Sequence record: SRR31156797_2251
DNA: 39,041 nt
Strand: one strand, 5' to 3'
Shown piece by piece: positions 27,386 through 37,282 of the stretch. Below the pieces are notes generated by a model. That model ran no database searches. It had not been told where the DNA came from and worked only from the letters and a program-made list of their open reading frames with translations. Each line of letters opens with the position of its first letter. Position 1 is the stretch's first letter. The position numbers and the translations under genes are program-made.

Positions 27386-28375
27386 TCAACAAGTCTTCCC
27401 CCTCACCTTCAAGCCCAGCTCCTTTAACAGTTCCAGGTCCTTCTGAAGGGTACGGCCATGGGTGGTGAGATAGTTACCGGTCATCATGCCATTGGCACCC
27501 GCCTGAAAAATGCGATCATGACGATCTCCCAAGCCGGCTTCCCTTCCGCCGCAAACCAGGATATTGGTATCCGGAAGGACATACCGGAAAAGCGAGATAA
27601 TTTTGAGGCACCGCAAGGGAGAGACCTTTGGGTAATGGGCCATGGGGGTCCCTTCAATGGGCACCAGGAAATTGATGGGAACGGCATCCACCTTCAAATC
27701 CTTCAGGGCCAACGCCAGTTCAAGCACCTGTTCATCGGTCTCCCCGATGCCGAAAATACCGCCCGAACACACACTCAACCCCGCCCGTTTCGCGTTCAAA
27801 ACGCAGTTCACCCGTTCCTCATAGGTGTGTGTACCGCACATATTTTGAAAATGACTCTTGGCGGTTTCCAGGTTGTGATGGTAGCGGCTCACCCCCGCTT
27901 TTTTCAGTACTTGAAAATCATCGGGAGCCAAAATACCCAGGGAGGCGCAGGTCTTGACCTTGTCCGGATCCAACGCACCGAGGGCTTGTGCAACGGCAGT
28001 CACTTCATGGGGCGGCAGACGCCGGCCGCTGGTGACCACGGCATATCGGTTAATGGGGGTTTGGGATGCATATTCGCCGCCCGCCATGAGCTTTTCTTTG
28101 TTCAGAAGGGGATAAACCCTGGCATTTGTCTTTGAAGATGCCGACTGGGAACAAAAAACGCAATCTTCGCTGCACTTCCCCGATTTCCCGTTACAAATGG
28201 TACACAGGTGAATCTCGGATGCGAAACGCGCTTTGCGGATCCGGTCCGCGCCCGCCATGAGCAAATGAACATCTTGCGCCGGCGTATCCACGATGATCCT
28301 GTAGGCCTCTGCCCCGAAAGGTTTCCCGCTAAGAATATTCTCCGTTAAAGTATTCAGTTCTTTTTTTCTATCCAT
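27386..28375 (-). CDS. bioB: Biotin synthase
   Basis: Radical SAM CSEDCVFCSQ, YHHNLET, CSGGIFG.GE, VPINFL, GNYLTT; ATG 28375 follows the bioD stop. Confidence 0.97.
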   Translation of the reverse strand: MDRKKELNTLTENILSGKPFGAEAYRIIVDTPAQDVHLLMAGADRIRKARFASEIHLCTICNGKSGKCSEDCVFCSQSASSKTNARVYPLLNKEKLMAGGEYASQTPINRYAVVTSGRRLPPHEVTAVAQALGALDPDKVKTCASLGILAPDDFQVLKKAGVSRYHHNLETAKSHFQNMCGTHTYEERVNCVLNAKRAGLSVCSGGIFGIGETDEQVLELALALKDLKVDAVPINFLVPIEGTPMAHYPKVSPLRCLKIISLFRYVLPDTNILVCGGREAGLGDRHDRIFQAGANGMMTGNYLTTHGRTLQKDLELLKELGLKVRGKTC

Positions 28376-28380
28376 GATTC

Positions 28381-29013
28381 TTATGACCCGAAACATCGGC
28401 GAAAAATGTTCCTTAAGGTCACCTTGTCGATGCGCTCCAATGGTTCGATTTCGGCACAGACCGCGGTGTTTCCATAACGTTCAATGGCCTTGCGGTTATC
28501 CGGGTTTCGAGGGCCGTTCATTACCACCCCCAAAACCTGCAGGGAATGGTTTTTCAGCAGATCCAATGACAGCAGGGTGTGGTTGATGGTACCGAGACCG
28601 CTTTCCGCAACCAGCAAGATCGGCAGTTGAAGTTTTTTCATGAGATCCAGCATCAGGTGATGATCGTTTAAGGGAACCATAATACCCCCCGCACCCTCCA
28701 CGATAAGATGCCCCCCGGAGGTTTGGGGAAGGTCCATTGATTGGAGATCGATGGAAATCCCGTCTTTTGCCGCCGCCACATGGGGCGACAGGGGAAACCG
28801 AAACCGGTAGCTTTCAGGATAAAAATGGCTCGGGGGCAGGCCGGTCATCTCCTGCACACACGCCGTATCGGTTTTTTCATGGAGACCGCTCTGAATGGGC
28901 TTCCAGTATCGGGCCGAAAGGCCGGCCACCAGAATGGCGCTCACAAAGGTTTTGCCCACGCCGGTGCCCGTGCCGGTGACAAATATCCCGGAAGGCAGGT
29001 CAACGGTTCCCAT
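28381..29013 (-). CDS. bioD: Dethiobiotin synthase
   Basis: FVTGTGTGVGKT, YWKPIQSG, VEGAGG, LGTINHTLLS. Confidence 0.97.
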   Translation of the reverse strand: MGTVDLPSGIFVTGTGTGVGKTFVSAILVAGLSARYWKPIQSGLHEKTDTACVQEMTGLPPSHFYPESYRFRFPLSPHVAAAKDGISIDLQSMDLPQTSGGHLIVEGAGGIMVPLNDHHLMLDLMKKLQLPILLVAESGLGTINHTLLSLDLLKNHSLQVLGVVMNGPRNPDNRKAIERYGNTAVCAEIEPLERIDKVTLRNIFRRCFGS

Positions 29014-30166
29014 GGGAATGCCCCTCCTTGAATAGTTGAATCAGGTATTCCAATTGTGCCATGGTATGCGGTACCGAAAGGGCCAGCCGGATTCTGGACT
29101 CCCCCTCGGGCACCGTGGGAGGGCGTATTGCAGTGGCCATAACCCCCCTGTTTTCAAGATGCCGGGAAAGGGCCAGGGCTTCCGTCTCCCCGCCCACCAA
29201 CACCGGAACAATCTGCGTATCGGAACTCCCGGTTCTCCACCCCAGTTTCCGCAGGTGCGCCCTCAAAAAATCAGCCTTGGCATGGAGTTCTTTGCGTTCT
29301 TTCTCCATGGCGGGGATGAGGTCGAGGGCCGCATCAATGGAACCGATGACCGACGGGGGCATGGCCGTTGTGTAAATAAATCCCGAACAGCAGTTCACGA
29401 GATAATCACGAAGCTTATGGGAGCACGCCGCATAGGCCCCGAAAGAGCCGCATGCCTTTCCGAAGGTGCCGATGGTTAAATCCACGCCCTTTCCGCAGCA
29501 AAGCCCCATGCCCCTTGTCCCCAGAACACCGGTGGCATGGGCCTCATCCACCACCAGCAACGCGTCAAAGGAACGGGCAAGCTCAACCAGGGATGCGATA
29601 TCGCTCCGGTCGCCATCCACACTGAACACCGATTCGGTCACAATGATACGCCGTGAAAACCGTTTGTTGGTATTTTCCCTGAGAAGCTCCTCCAGGTGGC
29701 CCACATCATTATGCCTGAACCGAAGCACATGGCAGCGGGAAAGCAATGCACCCTGAACGATGCTGCTGTGATTCAATCGGTCCGACAGGATCAGGGTCTG
29801 CCGGTCGGCCAATGCCGGCAGGATGGACACATTTGCCTGAAATCCCGAATTGAGAATCAGCGCGGCTTCCGTCCCTTTCAGCTCCGCCAGTTTTTCCTCC
29901 ACAGCCTCAAAACAGTCATAGGTGCCGCAAATCAATCGCGATGCCGTAGAGCCCGCTCCATAACGCTTGGTAAATTCAACGGCTCTTTGGATGAGCAGCG
30001 GATGTTTTGAAAGCCCCAGGTAATCATTGGAACAGAAATTCATGGCCTTTCGACCCCTGATGCGAACATCCACCCCTGTAAGGGGCGTGACCGACTGCAA
30101 CCGCCTCAGGTGCGATTGCCGCCTGCGACGGTCCAGTTCTTCCTCCATGAATCGATATTTGTTCAT
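29000..30166 (-). CDS. bioF: 8-amino-7-oxononanoate synthase
   Basis: [39 protein letters not shown]. Confidence 0.96.
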   Translation of the reverse strand: MNKYRFMEEELDRRRRQSHLRRLQSVTPLTGVDVRIRGRKAMNFCSNDYLGLSKHPLLIQRAVEFTKRYGAGSTASRLICGTYDCFEAVEEKLAELKGTEAALILNSGFQANVSILPALADRQTLILSDRLNHSSIVQGALLSRCHVLRFRHNDVGHLEELLRENTNKRFSRRIIVTESVFSVDGDRSDIASLVELARSFDALLVVDEAHATGVLGTRGMGLCCGKGVDLTIGTFGKACGSFGAYAACSHKLRDYLVNCCSGFIYTTAMPPSVIGSIDAALDLIPAMEKERKELHAKADFLRAHLRKLGWRTGSSDTQIVPVLVGGETEALALSRHLENRGVMATAIRPPTVPEGESRIRLALSVPHTMAQLEYLIQLFKEGHSHGNR

Positions 30167-31488
30167 ATGGATGATTTCTTTTCCGGGTCTTCCAGTTGAA
30201 TCACCTCCACCATGGCCCGGGTGACGCGTGCCAGCTGGGATGAATCAATGATATAGGGCGGCATGGTATAGACCAGCTTTCCAAAGGGCCTGATCCAGAC
30301 CCCTTTTTCCACAAACCGTTTTTGCATGCGGGCCATATCCACCACATGTTTCAGCTCAACCACGCCGATGGCGCCTAAAGCGCGCACATGGGCAACCCAG
30401 GGCAATTTTTTAAGGGGCGTCAACGCGGCCCTAAGCTGGGCCTCGATCCGCATCACCCGCTCTTTCCAGGGAGAAGCCAGAAGGAGCCTGACGCTGGCCG
30501 CCGCCACGGCGCAGGCAAGGGGGTTGGCCATGAAGGTGGGGCCGTGCATGAACATGCCGGGCTCACCTTTCGAAATGCCGTCGCTCATGTCACGGGTGGT
30601 CAGAGTAGCCGCCAGGCTCATGTATCCCCCGGTGAGCGCCTTTCCCACACACATGATATCCGGTGAAATGCCCGCCTTTTCACAGGCGAACATGTGGCCT
30701 GTGCGCCCGAAGCCGGTTGCGATTTCATCCAGGATAAGGAGCACGTCAAACTCACGGGAAAGCTCCCGAACCCGCCGCAGGTAATGGGGAGAATAGAACC
30801 GCATCCCCCCGGCCCCTTGAACCACCGGTTCCAGGATAATGGCCGCGATTTCTCCGTGGTGCCGTTCAAGAATGGTTTTGAAGCTCTCCATATCCCTTTC
30901 ATCCCACGGTTCGTCATAGCCGCACCCGGGGGCGTCTGCAAAATAATGTTTTGCAAGAATGCCTTCAAAAATCGTGTGCATGCCGGTCACCGGATCACAC
31001 ACGGCCATGGCACCGAAGGTATCGCCATGGTACCCCGACCGTACGGTCAAAAGCCGGTGTTTGTCAGGCCGGCCTCTTGCCTGCCAGTATTGAACCGCCA
31101 TTTTAATGGCCACTTCAACGGAAACGGAACCGGAATCGCTGAAGAAGACATTTTGGAGCGGTTCAGGGGTCAGGTCCACCAAAAGGGTAGCCAACCGAAC
31201 GGCGGGCGCATGGGTCAACCCCCCGAACATGACATGGGCCATTTTTTCCAACTGAGTACGTGCCGCCTCGTTGAGTACCGGGTGATTATACCCATGGATG
31301 GCGGCCCACCAGGAGCTCATACCGTCAATGAGTCGCCTGCCGTCTTCCAAAATGAGATGCACGCCCTTGGCCGCGGCAACCGGATACACGGGAAGCGGGT
31401 CCCTCATGGAGGTGTAGGGATGCCAGATGTGAGTCCGATCAAATGCGGATAAATCATGATTCCCGGAGTTTTCCATAATTCTCTTCAT
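30163..31488 (-). CDS. bioA: Adenosylmethionine-8-amino-7-oxononanoate transaminase
   Basis: [59 protein letters not shown]. Confidence 0.97.
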   Translation of the reverse strand: MKRIMENSGNHDLSAFDRTHIWHPYTSMRDPLPVYPVAAAKGVHLILEDGRRLIDGMSSWWAAIHGYNHPVLNEAARTQLEKMAHVMFGGLTHAPAVRLATLLVDLTPEPLQNVFFSDSGSVSVEVAIKMAVQYWQARGRPDKHRLLTVRSGYHGDTFGAMAVCDPVTGMHTIFEGILAKHYFADAPGCGYDEPWDERDMESFKTILERHHGEIAAIILEPVVQGAGGMRFYSPHYLRRVRELSREFDVLLILDEIATGFGRTGHMFACEKAGISPDIMCVGKALTGGYMSLAATLTTRDMSDGISKGEPGMFMHGPTFMANPLACAVAAASVRLLLASPWKERVMRIEAQLRAALTPLKKLPWVAHVRALGAIGVVELKHVVDMARMQKRFVEKGVWIRPFGKLVYTMPPYIIDSSQLARVTRAMVEVIQLEDPEKKSSI

Positions 31489-31826
31489 GAAGGGTTCAGG
31501 AATTTAAATCCCCCCTCGCCTAAAAAAGGGCACTCCTAACACGCCGGACGTTCATTGTCAAACGGGTTTAATACTGATTTCTGAAACAGACAAATATATG
31601 GAAAAATAAAGTTTTTTTTATAAATTTTACAAACACGGCGGCAAATCCTTTTTTCAATTCAGAAAGAATGGATTCGGAGGATTTATCCTTTACGGAAAAA
31701 GTATTGCTGATCGAAGGCAAAAGCAACTATAATATTTCAATAACTTGGGTGAAACGAAAAACCCAATCCGTATCATTGTCGGTTCTGTCGGCGTAAAGGG
31801 GAACCGACCAAAAGGTTTTTTGAACT

Positions 31827-32912
31827 ATGGAACTACTGGACGCTTGCCATGATTCTCCACTTTTCCTGAAAAATCTGATGGCTTGTTTTCAAGAGGCCAT
31901 TCTCGTCACGGATGGGGAAGGGAACATCTTTATGGCCAATGAAGCCGTTGAGACAGTCCTCGGTTATACCCCCCGTGAGCTTACCAATAAAAATCTTTCA
32001 ATTTTCTTTACCCCTGAAGATCTGGTCTACTTCTACCCCAATTTGCTACGACTGAGCCAAAGAGGCGAACCGTTTCAGGGGGAAGTCTTATTGGTAACAA
32101 AAAGCAACGCCCGGCTTTTTGCTTTCGCTATTGTTAGATCATTTAATGATACCACCCTGAATAAATTATTCAATTTTATTTGTATCAGAAACATTCACAC
32201 CCAAAAACAGCTTGAAAAAGCCTCGGCCGAAACCAATTATGAAGACTTGGTAAAAGTGGCCAACGGGGTGGCCCATGAACTCAGAAATCCATTGGTGGGC
32301 ATAGGCGGTTTTGTTAATAGGCTATATGAAAAATGCAACGCCGTCCATGAACACGCGGAGTATTATGATCGTATCATTAGTAATATCAAAAAGATAGAAG
32401 TCATCATCAAAAAAGTTGAATTTATGGCGAAACTGCCCAAGCCCTCTTTCACCATGGAGAATATGAGAGCCGTAATCGAAAACGCCATTCAGCCATATCT
32501 TCCAATTCTGGAAAAACGAAAAATCGACTTAACGCTTCAAATAGACCGGACCGTTCTGAAGCTCGACAGGGAACTTATCATCAGGGTTTTTTCTATTTTA
32601 ATTGAAAACGCCATGGACGCACTCCCTGATGGTGGAAACATCAGTGTCCGGAACCTACCGCATGAAAATCAATGTGAAATTGAATTTTCCGACACGGGAC
32701 CGGGCATTTCAACCGAGGATCTGCCCTTTATTTTCAACCCATTTTTCAGCACCAAAGCAGATGGCGCGGGAATAGACCTTGCGGTTGTCAAACGGATCAT
32801 GGAAAGTCACGGAGGCGGTATCAACGCCCGTTCGGAAGAGGGTCGGGGTGCCAGTTTTACCTTGGGGTTTCCACTTGAACGCCGCCGCGCCATACGGATT
32901 TCCCCCATTTAA
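31827..32912 (+). CDS. Cytoplasmic PAS-domain sensor histidine kinase
   Basis: PAS (AN.A...LGY...EL), H-box VAHELRNPL, ENAMDA, DTGPGI, FNPFFSTK. Confidence 0.93.
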   Translation: MELLDACHDSPLFLKNLMACFQEAILVTDGEGNIFMANEAVETVLGYTPRELTNKNLSIFFTPEDLVYFYPNLLRLSQRGEPFQGEVLLVTKSNARLFAFAIVRSFNDTTLNKLFNFICIRNIHTQKQLEKASAETNYEDLVKVANGVAHELRNPLVGIGGFVNRLYEKCNAVHEHAEYYDRIISNIKKIEVIIKKVEFMAKLPKPSFTMENMRAVIENAIQPYLPILEKRKIDLTLQIDRTVLKLDRELIIRVFSILIENAMDALPDGGNISVRNLPHENQCEIEFSDTGPGISTEDLPFIFNPFFSTKADGAGIDLAVVKRIMESHGGGINARSEEGRGASFTLGFPLERRRAIRISPI

Positions 32913-34015
32913 AAATAAAGCGTATCGCCATGATTGATATCCAGCAACCTGTCCGTCATGTTTGCCTTCCGAAGTTCGCGCCTTACATCTTCGGGCGGCA
33001 CATGCACCGGTTCGTCTCCCAGCCGGAAGGTCCCCCAGTGAACGATAAACATTTTTTCCGCATGCAGATCTTTCATGGCCCGGACCGCTTCGGCCGGGTT
33101 CATGTGGCTTTGCTTCATGAACCAGCGCGGTTCATAGGCCCCCACGCTTAGAATGGCCAGGTCGATGTCGTATTGTTCACCGATCTCCCTGAACCCTTGA
33201 AAATAGGCGGTATCGCCGCTGAGAAAGATGGTGGGGCCTGATGCGGTACGGATCAGATAGCTTCCCCACAGGTTGCGATTGGGACCAATGATGGGATTGC
33301 GCATGGTCCAGTGGTTACAGGGCAGCAGTATACTCTGACGCTTTCCGTCGTCAAAAACATCAAACCAGTCCAGCTGGGTACGGTTTTTCATACCGATGGA
33401 TGAAAAGACCGAATCATAGCCCAAAGGTGTCACCACATGGGTGTTCGGATCAAAAACAGAGAGGGTATCCTTATCCAGATGGTCATAATGGCCGTGGGTG
33501 ATCAACACATGGTCCGGCTTCGGCATGGTATCGATATCAAACTCAAGGGGCGTGAAATTGGTGAACGTGGGAAACAGACCGAAAAACACCGGGTCCACCA
33601 GAATCGACACCCCCGCGTCCCGGATCAGCACCGATGCATGGTTGATGAAGGTGACGGAAAGGCCGTCATAACTGATGATGGGCGCCCAATCTATCTTTAC
33701 GGGGTTCAGGGGTTCATCCGCATACCGCTCCCTGAAATGGTTTTCCGAAAAGAGTTTCCATTTTAAAAAATCCGAAAAGTCTTTTTTACCCGAAGGAGCG
33801 AAAGGATTGATGAAACGGTCCTTTCCGTGGTGCCGTTTTTGCCGGGCTATTTGTCTCAGAGTCATCTTCTTGTTTGTGGGCACAGGATCCTCCTGCGGCG
33901 CTTCTGCGTGGGAACAGCCCACAAAGGGTACCATACTCAAAAAGGCCAGGTCCAGGCCCCATCTCGTTGCCGCAATCATGAACTCCCTTCTCGTTTTCGG
34001 TTTCAATGGGGTCAT
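32909..34015 (-). CDS. Exported MBL-fold hydrolase (NAPE-PLD/RomA-like) with Tat motif and possible lipobox
   Basis: KTRREFM twin-arginine, FVGC lipobox, THGHYDHLD, HW..R, GDTAY, GAYEPRWFM...HMNP, HWGTF. Confidence 0.9.
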   Translation of the reverse strand: MTPLKPKTRREFMIAATRWGLDLAFLSMVPFVGCSHAEAPQEDPVPTNKKMTLRQIARQKRHHGKDRFINPFAPSGKKDFSDFLKWKLFSENHFRERYADEPLNPVKIDWAPIISYDGLSVTFINHASVLIRDAGVSILVDPVFFGLFPTFTNFTPLEFDIDTMPKPDHVLITHGHYDHLDKDTLSVFDPNTHVVTPLGYDSVFSSIGMKNRTQLDWFDVFDDGKRQSILLPCNHWTMRNPIIGPNRNLWGSYLIRTASGPTIFLSGDTAYFQGFREIGEQYDIDLAILSVGAYEPRWFMKQSHMNPAEAVRAMKDLHAEKMFIVHWGTFRLGDEPVHVPPEDVRRELRKANMTDRLLDINHGDTLYF

Positions 34016-34060
34016 CAGGTTGAAAAACCTTTCCCTTCCTTCCCGCACCCTGGGAATCGT

Positions 34061-34171
34061 GGGACGTCCATAAAATTATAATTTTCCCATGCTAAACAAA
34101 AAGCGGAAGGCTCATAAACTTGATAAATGTTAAAGGGAAAGTTTTTAATTTTATGATTCTATGGACGTCCC
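34061..34171. mobile_element. 111-bp miniature element with imperfect terminal inverted repeats (MITE/REP-like)
   Basis: Left GGGACGTCCATAAAATTATAA; right end reverse complement GGGACGTCCATAGAATCATAA; AT-rich non-coding interior. Confidence 0.65.
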
Positions 34172-34198
34172 TCTCTCCCCCCCGTCCCTCTCTCCCCC
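34166..34198 (+). repeat. Tandem duplication of CGTCCCTCTCTCCCCC spanning the element's right end
   Basis: Copies at 34166-34181 and 34183-34198. Confidence 0.8.
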
Positions 34199-34223
34199 AC
34201 GTGCTGAAAGTACGGAATGTGAG

Positions 34224-34718
34224 TTAGGGGTTGTGTGACTTATTTTCAAGAATGATTTTTAAATTCTCACCTTCTTCACGCATATGTTTTTTTACACTCG
34301 ACAAAGCCTTTTCAATTGATCTTTTAAATAAGATCTTACCAATTTTCCCGATACGATAAGTACCTTTCGCAATGAACTGGCAAGAGTCGCCTTTCGGCTC
34401 AATTATAAATTCATTCTTTGGGAAAAATTTTCTTATAAAACGAGAGGTTGGTGCATATTCAATCCTTTGATTTCTTTCAACCTCTGTAATTTTAAATTTT
34501 AATTTATGCAGCTTTCCGTGAATATATTCTTCTGCATATAGAATCGACTCTTTTTCCCACGGATTTCCTTTGAGCCATCGAAAACTAACGTGATCATCCT
34601 TATGCCACGCTCTATAGCTATTATCGTCAACAATACCAGTCAGGAAATTGAAAATATCCTCAGGTCGTGCTTTTATTTCAATAGAGTCTTGAAGCACTGC
34701 TTCTTCAAAAAAGGTCAT
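34224..34718 (-). CDS. SRPBCC/START-like protein carried on an integron-like gene cassette
   Basis: DSIEIKARPEDIFNFL..Y..WH N-terminus and amphipathic C-terminal helix; AT-rich; flanked by complementary core sites. Confidence 0.65.
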   Translation of the reverse strand: MTFFEEAVLQDSIEIKARPEDIFNFLTGIVDDNSYRAWHKDDHVSFRWLKGNPWEKESILYAEEYIHGKLHKLKFKITEVERNQRIEYAPTSRFIRKFFPKNEFIIEPKGDSCQFIAKGTYRIGKIGKILFKRSIEKALSSVKKHMREEGENLKIILENKSHNP

Positions 34719-34726
34719 TTTCTCCC

Positions 34727-34756
34727 TCACACAACGGTGGAATTCAGGGGCCGCCG
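34727..34756 (-). mobile_element. Right arm of an attC-like recombination site
   Basis: Minus strand CGGCGGCCCCTGAATTCCACC-GTTGTGTGA directly before the RBS and ATG. The complementary TCACACAAC lies at the 3' end of the same gene (34230-34238). Confidence 0.6.
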
Positions 34757-34806
34757 ACCGCAGAAGGTAGAAAGGGGACGTTATTAAATTGTAAAATAAC
34801 TTTATT

Positions 34807-37269
34807 TCAATTTGTAGATATTTGATTATTTAAGGATGTCCCCATGTCCTCCCTGCTAGTTGTGCTGTTTTTGGATATTCCATCGATGGTGGATCTTACA
34901 GCCTGAGCGATCGCTTCCAAAGAGTATGGTTTTCTGAGATACACCCCGGCGCCCAAATCCAGAGCTGCTTTCACTCGACTTGTCTCGGAAAAACCACTGG
35001 CGATGGTGGTTTTCTGCCCCGGCCGGATTTCAAGAGCCTTTTGGTAGGTTTCCAGGCCGTCCATTCCGGCAGGCATGACCATGTCCAACAACAGCACATC
35101 CACCTTCCGCTCTCGCAATACCGCCAGGGCTTGTTCGCCACTGGCCGCGGATTCCACAAGGTAGCCGAGTCGTTTCAGCATGTCAGTGGCGATCTCGCGC
35201 TGTTCGAGTATGTCATCCACCACCAGTACGGACTCTCCTCTCCCTCCGATGGATTCGATGTCCACTCTGGGGCTCACCATTGCCGCCGAATCCCTGCACA
35301 GAGGAAAGTAGAGCTGGAAGGTCGTGCCTTTCCCTTCGCTGCTTTCAACATCGATGTAGCCATGGTGATCTTTGACGGTTCCCCAAACCACCGCCATACC
35401 CAGCCCAGTACCACTTCTGCCCATTTGTTTCCGGGTAAAGAAAGGCTCGAAAATCCTTTCCAGAACTTCGGGTGACATCCCGACGCCGTTGTCGGACACC
35501 GTCAATCTCGCATATTCCCCCTCGTTCACATCGTCATAACCGCGCAGAGGGGTGTCTATATAGATATCCTCAGACGTAACGATGATTTTTCCATTGCCCG
35601 AAATAGCTTCTGCCGCATTGATAATCAAATTCATAAACGTCTTCGACAAATGAACAGATGATCCCTTGATGACACCGAAACGGCTGTTCAATTGCGCGTC
35701 CACCTCCAAGCCCGCATGGTCCTCGCTGATTCTTGCGAATTCCGGGCTGTCGAGAAACTCGGTCACCACGTCGTTCAAACGCACAATCTGGAAGTCCATA
35801 ACATTCCGTCTGGCTAAGGTAAGGAGATCCTGCACAATGGCCGCCGCTTTTTCCCCGGATGTCTTTATGGTGGTGATTGCCTTACGGAGCGGATCGTCTT
35901 GAGCCAGATCCATCAGGATCAGATCCGGATAGGTCACGATCCCAGACAGGATGTTGTTCAGATCGTGGGCGACACCGCCGGCAAGCGTTCCGATGGCCTC
36001 CATTTTTTCGGCTCTGTTCAGTTTGGCTTCAAGATCTCCACGCGCTCTCTCGGATTCGGTGTGATCCTCGATTTCCTTACGCAATTGACGGTTGATTTCG
36101 ATCAGTTCCGAAGTCTTTTCCCGAACCTTTATTTCAAGATACTCACGGGCCTCATCCAACTCTCGAAATTGATTGTCTATTGTTGTTGCCATCGTATTTA
36201 AGGCATTTTGAACGATCTGAAATTCACTTGAAACGTCAGGTCGGACATCTATTCGGTAGGACAAATCCTCCTGGATCCGTTTCGTTTCTTCCACGGTTTC
36301 CAGGATCTGCCGGATGATGGATCGGCCGCAGTAAAGGACGAAGCCGGCCAACAACAGGCTGGCCAGAAAAATCAACAATTGCAGCCGCTCGCTGTCGGTT
36401 ATGATTTCCCTGTTGGATGCGACGATGGTCTCACTGGCCTTCCGAAAGGCTTGAGCCATCCGGGATCGATTATCGGTTAACCGATTCATGGATTGTCTTT
36501 TCCTGTCTTGGAATTCCAGCAGTCTTGCGAAAGATTCCTCAAGGGTTCTCCCCGTCATCAACAATTCTTCGACGAGCAGGCCGTCTTGGGCATCCAGAGA
36601 ATAATCTTCGAAATTATTCACCGAATCGTAGAATTTCTTCACATTTCGCATAAAAGCGGCCTTCTGGGCCTTCCCTTCCCGGTTTTGCTGCAACACATAG
36701 AAGTGGGTCAAAAGATCCAGCAAACTCGTTTGGATGGCGGTGGCGGCGCTGACAATATCCAGTTCCGACGCCGATTTGACGGGGCTTCGCTGAAAATTCT
36801 TGCCGGTATCATAATCTTGAATTGCAGCGCTCCGAGCCATCAGGTTTTTCAAGTAGGCGATATGGTGTTCATGAATGTAGCGAACACTCGCAGCCAGTTG
36901 TGGAAGTACCTTGTAGGCGTTGCGATGCAACATCAGGCATTCATTCTCGGCGGCAAGCAATTGCTCGAAAATCCGTCTTCTCTCCATCTGCAGATCTTCG
37001 TCGATGACCGAGTTCAGTGTGGTGCTCAATTGGGCCAACTGATCATATTTCTTTTGAAGCCGAGGATATTGGGATGGGTCGGCCACAGTTGTATCTTCCA
37101 GATGTACCAACTCGGACAGGAAGTTTTGCAGCATCAGGATGGAATGGTAGCGGGTATCAGCGCGGTCGGCAATCCTTCCGAGATAGGCGTTCACACCCAG
37201 GAGCATGGCCAAAGCAACGATGAACAGAGTGGTCAACCTGATTTTGGCTTTTATAGATTTGGGAAGCAT
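34807..37269 (-). CDS. Membrane-bound hybrid sensor histidine kinase/response regulator
   Basis: TM1, about 270-aa extracytoplasmic domain, TM2, HAMP-like linker, AHDLNN H-box, INAAEA, DNGVG, GTGLG, C-terminal receiver (VVDD, LLD, KP). Confidence 0.95.
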   Translation of the reverse strand: MLPKSIKAKIRLTTLFIVALAMLLGVNAYLGRIADRADTRYHSILMLQNFLSELVHLEDTTVADPSQYPRLQKKYDQLAQLSTTLNSVIDEDLQMERRRIFEQLLAAENECLMLHRNAYKVLPQLAASVRYIHEHHIAYLKNLMARSAAIQDYDTGKNFQRSPVKSASELDIVSAATAIQTSLLDLLTHFYVLQQNREGKAQKAAFMRNVKKFYDSVNNFEDYSLDAQDGLLVEELLMTGRTLEESFARLLEFQDRKRQSMNRLTDNRSRMAQAFRKASETIVASNREIITDSERLQLLIFLASLLLAGFVLYCGRSIIRQILETVEETKRIQEDLSYRIDVRPDVSSEFQIVQNALNTMATTIDNQFRELDEAREYLEIKVREKTSELIEINRQLRKEIEDHTESERARGDLEAKLNRAEKMEAIGTLAGGVAHDLNNILSGIVTYPDLILMDLAQDDPLRKAITTIKTSGEKAAAIVQDLLTLARRNVMDFQIVRLNDVVTEFLDSPEFARISEDHAGLEVDAQLNSRFGVIKGSSVHLSKTFMNLIINAAEAISGNGKIIVTSEDIYIDTPLRGYDDVNEGEYARLTVSDNGVGMSPEVLERIFEPFFTRKQMGRSGTGLGMAVVWGTVKDHHGYIDVESSEGKGTTFQLYFPLCRDSAAMVSPRVDIESIGGRGESVLVVDDILEQREIATDMLKRLGYLVESAASGEQALAVLRERKVDVLLLDMVMPAGMDGLETYQKALEIRPGQKTTIASGFSETSRVKAALDLGAGVYLRKPYSLEAIAQAVRSTIDGISKNSTTSREDMGTSLNNQISTN

Positions 37270-37282
37270 GATCCCGGGATCT

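Noticed and set aside
31555-31593. Possible BirA operator TTGTC...GACAA upstream of bioA
   Set aside because: Only the outer 5 bp are complementary and the span is longer than BirA sites I know; insufficient support
31745-31812. Two hairpins in the leader of the PAS kinase (TTGGGT/ACCCAA; GTCGGTTC/GAACCGAC) as a riboswitch
   Set aside because: No recognisable aptamer consensus (c-di-GMP or other)
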